A DNA stretch of 63,596 bases, counting the filler, from Octopus bimaculoides (lineage: Eukaryota): NCBI RefSeq assembly GCF_001194135.2. It is 4 parts of 3 records of this genome, joined end to end, with 100 filler letters (N's around TTAATTAATTAA, not from the genome) between each part and the next. Parts side by side here need not be neighbours in the genome. Positions count along the whole stretch, not along the records: positions 1 to 22,443 come from NC_069007.1; 3 more parts are not named here. One strand, written 5' to 3'. Position 1 is the stretch's first letter. Every line of letters begins with the position of its first letter. The notes beneath the pieces were generated by a model, which was not told where the DNA came from, did no database searches, and was given only the letters and a program-made list of their open reading frames with translations. The translations under genes were made by a program, and so were the position numbers. Below, piece by piece: positions 1-12,599 of the stretch.

Positions 1-56
1 ACACACACATATATATATACACACACATATATATATACACACACATATATATATAT

Positions 57-109
<53 letters not shown>

Positions 110-111
<2 letters not shown>

Positions 112-297
112 ACTTTTTACATGTTTCAGTCATTTGACTGCATCCATGCTGGAGCACTGCCTTTAGTCAAAGAAATCGACCCCGGAACTTATTCTTTGTA
201 AGCCTAGTACTTATTCTTATCAGTCTCTTTTACTGAACCGCTAAGTTTCGGGGACATAAACATACCATCATCAGTTGTTAAGTGATGGTGGGAGGAC
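110..297 (-). mobile_element. SINE-like family (gtttcagtcatttgactgcggccatgctggagcac...)
   Basis: Dispersed copies at ~22220-22410, ~31660-32230, ~30845-30900 and ~8930-9010. Confidence 0.75.
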
Positions 298-299
298 GA

Positions 300-700
300 A
301 CCTGTTAAATTAAGTTGTACATCAACATACTCAGGCAAATTCACATCAAGACTTTTACAAACACCTCTCTTGAGCTGTTTGTGCTCAATCCCACAATGCA
401 CTGCTTTCCTGTCCACTTTCCAGGATTCTCATCTGTTCCGTTGTATTCTTGCTGCGGTCTTTATACCTAAATTTCAGTTACTGTGTGCTGGTCTTTTACC
501 CTGGGCTAACACACCATACAGAAATTACTTAGGAATCTAATTATCTTCTATCCTCACGATACAATTACTCCATCGTAATTGGTGCTCTAGACTGGTGGTA
601 GGTCGATTGTGTTCAAGGATTTCAATATTACGTACATCTGCAATCGGATACCCTTTTGTAACAGAAAATGCTGTTGATGAAATTGCTCTTGCCTTTACAG
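300..700 (-). mobile_element. Decayed RTE-type LINE 3' fragment
   Basis: Broken translation QLRWSNCIVRIEDN*IPK*FLYGVLAQGKRPAH resembles the RTE-BovB RLRW.GH..RM.D.RIPKQ.LYGEL..GKR segment. Confidence 0.65.
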
Positions 701-717
701 GTCTGCAGTAACACATA

Positions 718-1156
718 CGAGGGGTGCTGAAAAGGTCCTGGCTTTAACTGTACTACGAAAGGCCCGATTGGAGGCCCAATCTTCTGAGTTCTTTTACACG
801 GCTTAGAAAAACTGAAGGACTGCTGCTATTAGTGTGTGAATCTGAGAGGAGAATATATTGAATAAAATCATAATTAACCCTTTAGTGTTTAAACTGGCCA
901 TATCTGGCCCAAATACTCTACATGTTTTATATTCAAACTGGCCATATCTAGCCTCTCACACCTAACCTACATTGACATTCTAAAAATAAACAATCGCATC
1001 ATTGAAACCTCAAAGCTATAAGATAATGCATAATTAATTCAAAACAATTTGAGTGAAAAAGTATTACATTTAGCAGAGTAATCTGAACACTAAAGGGTTA
1101 TCTGATTCTCTTGCATTTTCTTTTATCTAAAGCCAGGAACTTTTCAGTACCCCTCA
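718..1156. mobile_element. Mariner-type MITE interrupted by a piggyBac-type MITE
   Basis: TA|CGAGGGGTGCTGAAAAGGTCCTGGCTTTA ... TAAAGCCAGGAACTTTTCAGTACCCCTCA|TA inverted termini with TA duplication. Second copy at ~33942-34153. Confidence 0.8.
878..1097. mobile_element. piggyBac-type MITE family A
   Basis: TTAA|CCCTTTAGTGTT ... AACACTAAAGGG|TTAT; related copies at 16449-16836 and ~45997-46210. Confidence 0.8.
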
Positions 1157-2436
1157 TACAAACATCATGGACTCACCTCTAATTTCTTGCTGCACCACCT
1201 GCACAACTGGTTTATGCTATTGCCTGTACAGATGCACCAGTGTGCCACCCATCAGATGTCAAAGTAATCGCAGAGCAACAAGAGATAAAGGTTTTTTTTT
1301 TCTTCATGAACACAATGCACCCTGCCTGGTCCAGGAATTGAAATCACAATCCCACAATTGTGAGTGCAACACTAACTGTTGGGTTACATGCCAATATACA
1401 TAAATACATACACATGACAGACTCCTCCAGTTTCATTCTACCGGTGGAATTTGAACTCAGAACGTAACGGCAGACGAAATACCGTTAAGCATTTCGCCCG
1501 GCGTGCTAACGATTCTGCCAGTTCGCAGCCTTTGTCTATATTACCAGAATGGAAAGAAACAGTCAAAACCAAGGTATCAACAAAGTACAGACAAAGTACC
1601 GATACAGAACCAACAATGCAGCATCAGAACAAAAAAAAAAAAAAAAAAAAAAAAAAGAAAAATGAAAAACCAACAAGCAATGGGCTTTAAAAAAAAAAAT
1701 GTCAAGTTTTATTTATCGTTTATTAAGAAGTTTTCTTTCTAAGAAGAAACATACAAAAAGCACAAGACCTTCATTTTGTAAGGATGAATTCTAGTTTGTT
1801 TGTTTATATTTTTTTTTTAAATATTTTTTAATATTTTTTTTTTTTCATTTTTCAGTTTTTAATGAAATAGAAGGAAAGGAAAGATGGGTCTCTCTCCCTT
1901 ACTTCCCCAACATCTGGCAAAATATCAAGACATATACATCTATATGCATACAATATACACACACACATATATACCATATATATATGTATGTATATATATA
2001 TATAATTGTAGATCTGTATGTATGTATCTGTATATGTGTGTGTGTATGTATATACAAACATCTATGTATGCGTGGTAATGTTAGCTGTGTCAGTAGTTCG
2101 AAAAAAACAAGAATAACAGAATGGAGGAATAATGGTAGCAAATCTATGGAATGAACAACAATAACTGGATCTCACATGCAACGGTGTGTGTGTGTGTGTG
2201 TGTGTAAGAGAGCAGACATTTCTGTATTTTATTAGTCCTTGTGTCTGACAGACCACTTTGTGTGTGTAGGTTTAATGAAGCAGACTCCTCCATGTTTAGG
2301 TCTCACATCTGATGGATCACCTAGTGAATGTAAGCGCATGTGTGTGTGTGTGTGTGTAGAGTTGGTCTTTAGGAGCAGACAGCTCTGTATTTATAAGTCT
2401 GTATGTGAGGTGGTGTGTGTGTGAGCATGTGTATAT

Positions 2437-2480
<44 letters not shown>

Positions 2481-2754
2481 TCTTCTGAGAAAGCAGGCCC
2501 ATTCTGTGTGTGTAGTCCTTTATGTTAATTAAGGTGGATTGCCACTGAGTCAATGTGTCCGATTATGATTATTCATCTGCCTCTGTCTGTCTCTGTGTGT
2601 GTGTGTGTATGTCCGGCAATCGGTGAGTGATGAGTGAAGAGATGGAGATGGAAGAAGGAGGGGAAACAGAGACATGGATTCCCACATGGTCATGGCTGAT
2701 GAAGAGAATACACAAAACTTTTAAATGTCATTTGTACCGAATGTGAATCCAAAC

Positions 2755-2980
2755 AATAATTCTTTCTAATTTCAGCATAAAGTCAGAAATTTGGGGCGGG
2801 GGAGCAGGAAGTCGATTACAACAACCCCAGCACTTAACTGGTACTTTATTTTATTGACCCTCAAAAGGATAAAAGGCAAAGCTGACCTCGGTGGTATTTA
2901 AACTCAGAAAGTAACGAGCCAAAAGGAATGCCATTAAGCATTTCCGTCCAACTTGCTAATGATTCAGCCAGCTTGCTGCC

Positions 2981-3012
<32 letters not shown>

Positions 3013-4022
3013 CCTTTCTTATTTCTTTATTGCCTACAAGAGGCTAAAAATAGAGGGGACAAACAAGGACAGACAAAGGGATCAAGTCGATTACATCGAC
3101 CCCAGTGCGTAACTGGTACTTAATTTATCGACCCTGAAAGGATGAAAGGCAAAGTCGACCTCGGCAGACTTTGAACTCAAAACGTAACGGCAGACGAGTC
3201 GATTACATTGACCCCTCAGTACTCAACTGGTACTTCTTTTATCGACCCCAAAAGGATGAAGGGAACAGTCGACTTCAGCAGAGTTTGAACACAGCATGCG
3301 AAGACAGATGAAATACCACTAAGCGTTTCACCCAACATGCTAATTGGTTCTGCCAGCTCGCTGGCTTAATAATAATAATAATAATAGTAATTCTGAAGTT
3401 TTGGAGGGAGGGGACAAGTCAACTAGATCAACCCCACAATTTCACTGGTATTTAATTTATCGACCCCGAACTAATGAAAGGCAAAGTCGACCTTGGTGGA
3501 ATTTGAACCCCGAACGTAACGGCAGATGAAATACTGCTATGCATTTCGTCCAGCGTGCTAACGATTCTGCCAGCTTACCACCTTAACAATAATCCTTTCT
3601 AATTTTTGGGACAAGGCCTGAAATTCTGGGGGCAAGGGGCCGAGTCGGTTACATCCATGGTACTGATGTTATTGACCCTGAAAAGGCAAAGTCAACCATG
3701 GCAGAATCTGAAGTCAGACCATAACGACGGATGAAACGCCACTAAACATTTTGTCCAGCATGCTTATGAGTCTACCAGCTTGCCATCTTAATAAAATTAA
3801 TAATCTTTTCTACTCTAGGCACAAGGCCTGAAGTTTTTGGGGGGAAGGGGCCAGTCGACTAGATCAACCCCAGTACTTCACTGGTACTTAATTTATTGAC
3901 CCTGAAAGGATGAAAGGCCAAAGTCGACCTCAGCAGAATTTGAACTCAGAACGTAAAGAGAGACAAAATGCCGATAAGCATTTCGCCTAAATTGCTAACG
4001 ACTCTGCCAGCTCATTACCTAA
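2755..4022 (-). mobile_element. Train of about six head-to-tail tRNA-derived SINE copies
   Basis: Repeated unit (- strand) aaggcggcgagctggcagaa...gttctgagttcaaattcc (B-box) ...cctttcatcctttcggggtcgataaattaagtaccag...(att)n. The core resembles the MetaSINE central domain (from recollection). Confidence 0.85.
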
Positions 4023-4040
4023 GTAATAATAATGATAATA

Positions 4041-4074
<34 letters not shown>

Positions 4075-4213
4075 GACTGGAAACATGGAGAAGATGGTGG
4101 GGGTAGGAGGTAGGAATACTGGAACGTAGAAAGCCAAAAAAAATTAATACTTTTTTTTTGCTGTAACAACTTGAATAGAAAACTATCAGCCATCTTATGG
4201 TTTATTATTATTA

Positions 4214-4254
<41 letters not shown>

Positions 4255-4803
4255 GTTATGATATCTCATGATGTTCTTTCTTCAAATTCTTGTTGTAGAA
4301 TTGAAAGATTTGAAGAGCTGTCTCTAAGAGGAAGGACGGCTGTAAAACCAAATGGCTTGAGAAGGAAGTGATGGTGGATGGGGCGGGGATGCTGAGAGGT
4401 GATGCAATGTAAGTGGTGTGATGTGATGCAATGTGATGCAATGTTGTGACACGATGCAATGCATGATGTACGATGTGAAGCAACATGTAAAAACTGCATG
4501 ACGTTATGTTATGCTAGTTGATGGTGATGTTGGTGGTAGCTAATGCCATCGGAAACAAAATGGGGGGGAAAAAAAACAAAAAAAAACGTAAGAAAATAAA
4601 AATAAATAAATAAAAAATGAATTCGTTAAAGGAGGAAGAAGAAGAAAAAGATGAGGTGATGGAGGATGCGGGAGAGAGAGAGAGAGAGGGAAAGGGTAGT
4701 GAGAAAAGGAGGAAGAGAAGATGACGGAAATCTTTTAAAAAAAATTTTTTAAAAAGGGGAAAAAAGAGACGGAGAGAAGAAATGAGGAAAGAGGTTTTTA
4801 GTT

Positions 4804-4993
4804 TTACATATAGACTGGTTGTGTGTTTATACAAGCTTCTTGTATTTCTTTCACCAAATGTATTCGATTCAGCATTTTGGTCATTATGTCACTGGATAAG
4901 GATTGGGTTGAGTACCACACGGGACTGTCGGGGACACATGATCTTTCCGGGATCAAGTAGAAGACATCATTGCGGTTTTTAATACTCTCGGGG
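4804..4993 (-). CDS. ZMYM: ZMYM-like terminal exon PESIKNRNDVFYLIPERSCVPDSPVWYS...MLNRIHLVKEIQEACINTQPVYM*
   Basis: tttttgtag acceptor, phase 2, TAA at 4804-4806; FYL.PE.S..PDSP.WY..ML.R..LV motif. Confidence 0.96.
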
Positions 4994-5249
4994 CTACAAA
5001 AAAAAGAGACACACACACACACAGATAAAAGAAAAACAGGGTTAATAATGTTTCATTTTTATATTTGGTTTTGTAAGATTCTTGATGTGAAATCATGCAT
5101 TGAAATAAATTTTTTGTTGGGAGGGTCATTACGCCAATAACAACACATGCACAGGTTCGATTCCATTTCTTTTTTGACTAATAATGAAATAAGCAGAATC
5201 AAACCTATGCCTGTGTTATCATTATGCTAATAATGACTCCCTCAAGACA

Positions 5250-5880
5250 ACAAAAAAAGGATAAAGTTATTTTCCTAAATTATCTATTTTCAAAATTAAC
5301 TGAAACCAAAATATAATTAAAAAAAGTTAAAGTGAATCTTAAAAGCTTCCCTCAAAATTTCATGTTAATTTATGTTACAATATCAACTTAACAATGACAA
5401 AGGTATTTTACTAATTTCTTAATTATTTTCAAAATTAACTGAAACAAAGGCAGAAATATGATAATGAAAGAATCTTAGTTAAATTTTTCCATCAAAATTT
5501 CATGTAAATTTATCTTCCAAACACCAGGTTCATAATACCTCAGCAGTTTTCAAACTTGTCTGATACACAAGCAGTATATTTCAACACAAATATGGTTAAA
5601 AAAAAAAAAAGAGATTAAATGCTTTATCACACTGAACTATCTTTTATGATATCTGGTCGTGTTGTGACAGAAACAGCAAAGTACTGGCTTAAACCTTTCA
5701 ATAATCAACCTGCCTGAGTTTCATCTTGGCTCTATGATACAATCTTCCAGTTTTAAAGTGACTCTTGGTAAAAAAACTTCCCAGCAAAATTTAGCACTGA
5801 TTTATGTTCCAAACACCAGTTTAATAATGACAAGTTTAGTTTACTAAATTCTTTGTTATTTTAAAAAGTAACTGAAACAT
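5250..5880. repeat. Degenerate tandem units related to the MITE B interior
   Basis: Repeated caaaattcatgttaatttatg...aaagttattttactaaatt...aattaactgaaac blocks. Confidence 0.5.
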
Positions 5881-6241
5881 AACTAATATATTTCAACATA
5901 GCTGGTGCCACGTAAAAAGCATCCAGTACGCTCTGTAACGTGGTTGGTGTTAGAAAGGGGATCCAGCTGTAGAAACCAAGCCAAAAGAAAAAACTTGGAG
6001 CCCGGGCAGCTCCGGTCAAAAAGTCCAACCCAGGCCAGCATGGAGAACAGACGTTAAATGACAATGATGAGAAGTATGATAACAAAAGGATTAATTTCTT
6101 GCCCTGACATAAATTCTACCAAGAACACTGACCACTGAGTCCATTTAAGCTAACTATTTACCTACAACACTGGACCAAGCAAATACCAAACCTCCACTGC
6201 TTTCACAAACCAAAATCTACAAAAGAGAGACCAACACTTAC

Positions 6242-6362
6242 CATTTCGACAAATAGAATTCATAAAGTTTCACAGGACATCTTAACGGGTTGTCGTGGTT
6301 CTCACACTGCTCATATGCAGGCATTTCCTCACGTCGTTTCTTTTGGTTAACAATCTCAGAAT
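6242..6362 (-). CDS. ZMYM: ZMYM-like DUF3504 exon ...[25 protein letters not shown]
   Basis: ttttatgcag acceptor, TG|gtaagt donor, phase 1->2; EN..[12 protein letters not shown].KCP motif. Confidence 0.96.
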
Positions 6363-6639
6363 CTGCATAAAATAGATATAATTTTGTGGAATGCAAATGT
6401 GACAAAAAACACATCATCTACAGCTCAGGTAAGCCAAGGTAAATCGTATGAACAAACTACAACCTGTCTACCATTATCATAGGTTTTTAAGTCTGTTTTA
6501 GTTTACAACTCACAGATTAATATTAAGCAGCCGTTTTTTGTAATTTCCACAGATTTCAGCCTTTTTTGCCATAAAAGAATAGAAGAAAGATACATAGCCA
6601 TTAGTGGTATTAGACATTGTTAAATGAAGATATTATATA

Positions 6640-6673
<34 letters not shown>

Positions 6674-7069
6674 CTTGGGTTGGAAAGTAAGTCTGGTTGC
6701 ATTTCAAGATGGGGAAAAAAAAACAGATGCATCTTCGGTTTTAATGTATCTAACCTTTTGATACCAAAGATATCAAAAAGGGGTTTTATGATCAAAGTGT
6801 GAATTGAATTCAACTATTTTGCTAACTGTCAAGCAGTCTGCTTTGAATTCTCCATGAAAAGAATAGTTGGCTGTCTAGATTGAGGGGAATCTACAAGAGA
6901 ATGAGTTTTCAAGAAAAACTGGCCAGGCACCTCTGGCATGTCCAGACACTTAAAGCTTCATGTCTATGGCCAGAACAAATATTTCTTGTCATTTGCATTG
7001 TTGAAGTGCCCCATTTGAATTCATAAGGCATGCAATGTCTGATATAGGTTATATCTAAATTCATTTTAA

Positions 7070-7289
7070 CCCTTTTGTTACCAACCCGGCTGAAACCGGC
7101 TCTGGCTCTGACTACAAATGTCTTGTTTTCATAAGCCTTGAATTAAAATCTTCCACCAAACCTTAGTCATAATTTATGTTCCTAACACTAGCTTAATGGT
7201 AACTAAGTTATTTCACTAAATTCTTTGTTATATTTAAAGTAATTGAAAGAAACACAGATCATCTCAGAATAAATACAGTAACGAAAGGG
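7070..7289. mobile_element. piggyBac-type MITE family B
   Basis: TTAA|CCCTTTTGTTAC ... GTAACGAAAGGG|TTAA; near-identical copy at 16507-16724. Confidence 0.85.
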
Positions 7290-7981
7290 TTAAATGAGTA
7301 AAATCAATATGAATTTAATCACTATGGTACAAAGTTAGCTATAAAGAAAGAAAAGCCATTAAAATGTAAAAATTAATGCTTAACCCATAAACTGCTGGGA
7401 TTTTGCTGTATGTAACACGAACTGCTGAGCCTATTTTGGGTAAAGGTCAACATCGATCTATCACTCGAAAAAAATACTCAGTGTTTCTTAACACCTTCTG
7501 TGATTGGCTACACTGTTTCTGGGGTGAAAGGGTATCGTGTGCATACATTATACGTCATCAAAATTAGGTCAGATCATGCCCTACTTCCGTGGCCATGANN
7601 NNNNNNNNNNNNNNNNNNNNNNNNNNNNNNNNNNNNNNNNNNNNNNNNNNNNNNNNNNNNNNNNNNNNNNNNNNNNNNNNNNNNNNNNNNNNNNNNNNNN
7701 NNNNNNNNNNNNNNNNNNNNNNNNNNNNNNNNNNNNNNNNNNNNNNNNNNNNNNNNNNNNNNNNNNNNNNNNNNNNNNNNNNNNNNNNNNNNNNNNNNNN
7801 NNNNNNNNNNNNNNNNNNNNNNNNNNNNNNNNNNNNNNNNNNNNNNNNNNNNNNNNNNNNNNNNNNNNNNNNNNNNNNNNNNNNNNNNNNNNNNNNNNNN
7901 NNNNNNNNNNNNNNNNNNNNNNNNNNNNNNNNNNNNNNNNNNNNNNNNNNNNNNNNNNNNNNNNNNNNNNNNNNNNNNNNN

Positions 7982-8080
7982 TGAAGTAGATAAGTGTATT
8001 AAGCAGCACATGTGGTGAGTGAGCACCGAGCTGTTTGCACTCCCATAGATACTCTTCTTCAATGCGACACACCAGCTGAC
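7982..8080 (-). CDS. ZMYM: ZMYM-like DUF3504 exon (3' part lost in N gap): [33 protein letters not shown]
   Basis: ttctgtgcag acceptor, phase 1. [19 protein letters not shown] is a hallmark of ZMYM/QRICH1 DUF3504. Confidence 0.96.
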
Positions 8081-8159
8081 CTGCACAGAAAGAATAAAGA
8101 ATACGTTACCAAAACGCATATATAGATATTGTTTACAGGTCCAATATAGGCAGGATTAA

Positions 8160-8200
<41 letters not shown>

Positions 8201-8595
8201 TACTCCATCCAGCAAGAGATAAATATCATTTAATACACACAATTACAAAAGAGTAACTCCTAGTTTCATGCTTTCAGATACATTAAATTGGCAGATTTGT
8301 ATAACATACCATGTATTTCCAAGCAATTGTTCAGGCTTAGTTATGAGCTTAGCTGAAGGATTGTCTTCAATATATTTCCAAGTATGAAACTATTAGTATC
8401 TCTTTTTTTTAATTGTGTATATTAAATCATTATATATATATACTCTTTTATTTTGTTTCAGGCATTTGACTGCAGCCAACACTAATCACTTACCAATATA
8501 TATATATAATATAATAAAGGATAAGAAGAAAATGGAGAGATAATTAATAAAATTATTAATTATAAGATATGACAACATCTCTGACAGCTGTTTCA

Positions 8596-8782
8596 ATTCA
8601 GAAATCTTTAGATAATCAATTTAAAAATTAAAATCATTATAAGATGAATCTCTTCAGAGGCAATAAAGATATGCTGATTATCTCAACACGTATTTCTAAT
8701 CAGCATATCTTTATTCCCTTCTGAAGAGGTTCATCTTATAATGATTTTAATTTTTAAATTAATTATCTAAAGATTTTTGAAT
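8596..8782. repeat. Fold-back element (about 85-bp arms, 16-nt loop)
   Basis: Arms 8596-8680 and 8697-8782 are near-perfect reverse complements. Confidence 0.9.
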
Positions 8783-9056
8783 CAAAAACTGATCAATCAT
8801 ACGGTGTCACACACATACACAAACACACTCGATAATGAATGTTAGCTTATTCACATCTCCCATGACTTGGATATTTTGCAAAAGAGGCTGATAAAATAAG
8901 TGCCAGACTCAAAGAGAAAAATAAGATCAGGGGTCAATTTGTTCAACTAAAACCCTTCAAGGGCAGTGTTTAAGCATGGCTGCAGTCCAATGACTGTAAA
9001 AGATAAAAGCAACATACACACTATCAGATGATAAATCAATAACACTAATCACTTAC

Positions 9057-9182
9057 CAATCCCATTGATCTTAGGTTGATAACGTATCAAGATTTCATTG
9101 AGACATTCAGTGAACTTTTCATAATACATGTCTGTGAAAATATTGTCAATCCTTCCATTTTCAAATAGATATTGTTGAATGC
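9057..9182 (-). CDS. ZMYM: ZMYM-like exon GIQQYLFENGRIDNIFTDMYYEKFTECLNEILIRYQPKINGI
   Basis: taccaccag acceptor, G|gtaagt donor, phase 1->1; IQQYL..NGR.DNIF.D..Y motif. Confidence 0.95.
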
Positions 9183-9678
9183 CTGGTGGTAATAGAAGAA
9201 GACAATAACGTAAGAATTATCGAATAACGATAGCAAGAAGTAATGTTAAAGATCTGATGTCTTGCAAACAACTCGCACATGCAAGTGCTACCAGTCGAGA
9301 ACCCCGCATACCGGAAGCCAGCAAGTGTATGGGGTCATCAGGAGAGAATGCGCGCCGTTTTGGGGCCTACCTCTCGACGGCATCAATGCGCACCGGCCCC
9401 CCCTCACTGATATGAGGCCCCACTTCCTAGATCAACTGGTTACTAAAAACAAAGCTCAATATTTCTCTAGCCATCGCTCATCGTCTCTTTTTAACCAAAT
9501 CCAGTGGCTAGCCTTCTCCACTGTATTTTGGATATCGGTCATGGTGGTATTTACCTTACGATGAGTTAGGCCTAACGATAACCTTTAATGTCATTATTTG
9601 AAGATTAACAACTTCAAGTCACGTGACTAGGGCCAACACAAAATCCCCAGAAAAACAGCATCCGATAAAGTAACTTAC

Positions 9679-9888
9679 CCAAACATAGATAAAGTATGCT
9701 GTCGGGAGAATACTCCTCCTTGTTCGGTTTCCGTACTTCCTTGACAAAAAGACAAAGTGAGTAGTTCAGCTCATCCGGTGTGCACTGCAGCAAATTGGTC
9801 TTGAACAGTTTTAAACGGCCCGTACCGGACTTCGATACTTTCTCGAGTTGGGCATTTTTCTGTAGAACCCACTGTCTCCATGCATAGA
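9679..9888 (-). CDS. ZMYM: ZMYM-like exon (5' part lost in N gap): YAWRQWVLQKN...LNYSLCLFVKEVRKPNKEEYSPDSILYLCLG
   Basis: G|gtaagt donor. Matches the conserved AW..W..L..F..EVR.PNGE.Y.PDSI.YLCLG block preceding DUF3504. Confidence 0.95.
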
Positions 9889-11362
9889 NNNNNNNNNNNN
9901 NNNNNNNNNNNNNNNNNNNNNNNNNNNNNNNNNNNNNNNNNNNNNNNNNNNNNNNNNNNNNNNNNNNNNNNNNNNNNNNNNNNNNNNNNNNNNNNNNNNN
10001 NNNNNNNNNNNNNNNNNNNNNNNNNNNNNNNNNNNNNNNNNNNNNNNNNNNNNNNNNNNNNNNNNNNNNNNNNNNNNNNNNNNNNNNNNNNNNNNNNNNN
10101 NNNNNNNNNNNNNNNNNNNNNNNNNNNNNNNNNNNNNNNNNNNNNNNNNNNNNNNNNNNNNNNNNNNNNNNNNNNNNNNNNNNNNNNNNNNNNNNNNNNN
10201 NNNNNNNNNNNNNNNNNNNNNNNNNNNNNNNNNNNNNNNNNNNNNNNNNNNNNNNNNNNNNNNNNNNNNNNNNNNNNNNNNNNNNNNNNNNNNNNNNNNN
10301 NNNNNNNNNNNNNNNNNNNNNNNNNNNNNNNNNNNNNNNNNNNNNNNNNNNNNNNNNNNNNNNNNNNNNNNNNNNNNNNNNNNNNNNNNNNNNNNNNNNN
10401 NNNNNNNNNNNNNNNNNNNNNNNNNNNNNNNNNNNNNNNNNNNNNNNNNNNNNNNNNNNNNNNNNNNNNNNNNNNNNNNNNNNNNNNNNNNNNNNNNNNN
10501 NNNNNNNNNNNNNNNNNNNNNNNNNNNNNNNNNNNNNNNNNNNNNNNNNNNNNNNNNNNNNNNNNNNNNNNNNNNNNNNNNNNNNNNNNNNNNAACAGGA
10601 AGAAAGAGTGAGAGAAAGTTGTGGTGGAAGAGTACAGCAGGGTTCACCACAATCCCCTGCCGGAGCCTCGTAGAGCTTTAGGTGTTTTCGCTCAATAAAC
10701 ACTCACGACGCCCGGTCTGGGAATCGAAACCATGATCCTATGACCACGAGTCCGCTGCCCTAACCAGTGGGCCATTGCGCCTCCACTACTATATGCACAA
10801 AGCCTGAAATTTTGAGGGAGGGGACTATCCCAAAAGGATGAAAGGCAAAATTGATCTTGGTGGTATTTGAACTCAAAACATAAAGATGAGCAAAATGCTT
10901 AATGGCAGCTGTGAGGGGAAATTGTTGAATAACCATCCGTGATGTGCAGAGGATGTGCAGATTGGTTGTGCAGATTGGTTACGGATGTGCAGATTGGTTA
11001 CGGTTCAGTTCAGTCTATGCATTACTTCATCTTTGATGCCATTACATCTATTATTAATATTTTGATTACTATTAGAGTGATTATATATTAATTTTATCTT
11101 TGAAGCCACTATTGGCTAGGGTATTGTTATAATAGGGGGCAGCTTTCTTGAAAATTTTTTTAGAAGAGAGGTTAGACACTCTGTTACTAATATTAGATAT
11201 CAGGCTTTTAAATATTACAGGAAGGGGACAAGACAGTTTACAAAAAAAACACTGAGGTTCAAATCAATAACTAATCAATTTCTAATTCACTGAATTTACA
11301 AAGCAATACAAACAACAATACCAACAACAACAACAACCAAACAAAGACTTTAAATTACTTAC

Positions 11363-11566
11363 AGGAACCAAGTGGTGGAGCAAATTCTAAAAAAGACTCC
11401 AAGTCTAACGATGGCTCAGGTATTTCAGCAGCAGTTATATTGAGGGACATCTGAAGGACATCGTCATCAAAGTCTTTACTGCAGGTATTGGCTGCAGTTG
11501 TCGTGTCTTCACATTGAGGTGTAATAGAAGCTACTGTTAAAGTGTCCTCGTTGGTGTTCAGTACTT
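11363..11566 (-). CDS. ZMYM: ZMYM-like acidic exon KVLNTNEDT...DFDDDVLQMSLN...SLDLESFLEFAPPLGS
   Basis: ctttgcag acceptor, T|gtaagt donor; 204 nt, phase 1->1, open frame; DLE motif. Confidence 0.88.
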
Positions 11567-12204
11567 CTGCAAAGACAGAGACGCCAGGTTCAAATACAGG
11601 AAACTACTGATATATATATTTATTAATATTTAGTAGAAGCAACAGAGTGATGCAAGGGCCGAGAGTTTCATGTTCTTGGTAAGCGCCAACGCACAAAACA
11701 CTAGGCTGAAGTTACTCTGTTGCTTATGCTAAATCATCATCGTTTAACGTCCGCTTTCCATGCTGGCATGGGTTGGACGATTTGACTGAGGACTGGTGAA
11801 CCAGATGACTGCACCAGGCTCCAATCTGATCTGGCAGAGTTTCTACAGCTGGATGCCCTTCCTAACGCCAACCACTTTACAGTGTGTATTGGATGCTTTT
11901 TACATGGCACCACACACACACACACATATACATACAGAGGATGGGCTTCCTTTCAATTTCTGTCTAACAAATCAACTCTTAAGGCTATGGTCAGCAGAAG
12001 ATAATTGCCAAAAGTACCAGACAGTAAAATTAGACTTCAAACCATATAGTTGTGAAACAAACTTCTTTACCACACACTCACATGTTTGCAGACCAACACA
12101 ATTACACACATACATAAACACCACCATCCCTACATGAAATGTTATAATACTCATTAACACACACACATCCTGCCACAACAACAACAACTCTTGGAGTCAC
12201 TCAC

Positions 12205-12355
12205 TGTCATTGCCATCAATAGCAGCAGCAGCAGCATCAGCAGTATCTAAGCCATCATCTTCATCACTGGTTGACTGTTCAGAATGGGCTACAGCCTCAG
12301 CCATCATCAACAATTCCGCTTCAAATGGATCTGCAGGAATTTTTTCCTGGATTTC
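12205..12355 (-). CDS. ZMYM: ZMYM-like exon EIQEKIPADPFEAELLMMAEAVA...DGND
   Basis: ttttattag acceptor, A|gtgagt donor, phase 0->1. Resembles the K(I/V)PxDxxExELLxMxxM motif of ZMYM proteins. Confidence 0.93.
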
Positions 12356-12599
12356 CTAATAAAATAAAAAGTTTTGTTTTTTTTGTTTTGTTTTTGTTAA
12401 TGCAAAAAGGAATGGATGAAATTATAAAACAAAAAAAAATGAAAACATTGAGGGAAATCAAACAAGTTTAAACCCCTATACTCAAGAGGACCACTCCCAC
12501 TCTCTAAACCAGCAGTTCCCAATCCTTTTTTCACCAAAAACTGGTTTTATTCAAGACAATTTTGCAGCAGACTGCAAATCATGAGGCATAACAAAGTGG

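Noticed and set aside
204-416. ORF resembling a DNA-transposase segment (LPEYVDVQLN)
   Set aside because: The adjoining sequence translates to RTE LINE motifs, which explains it better.
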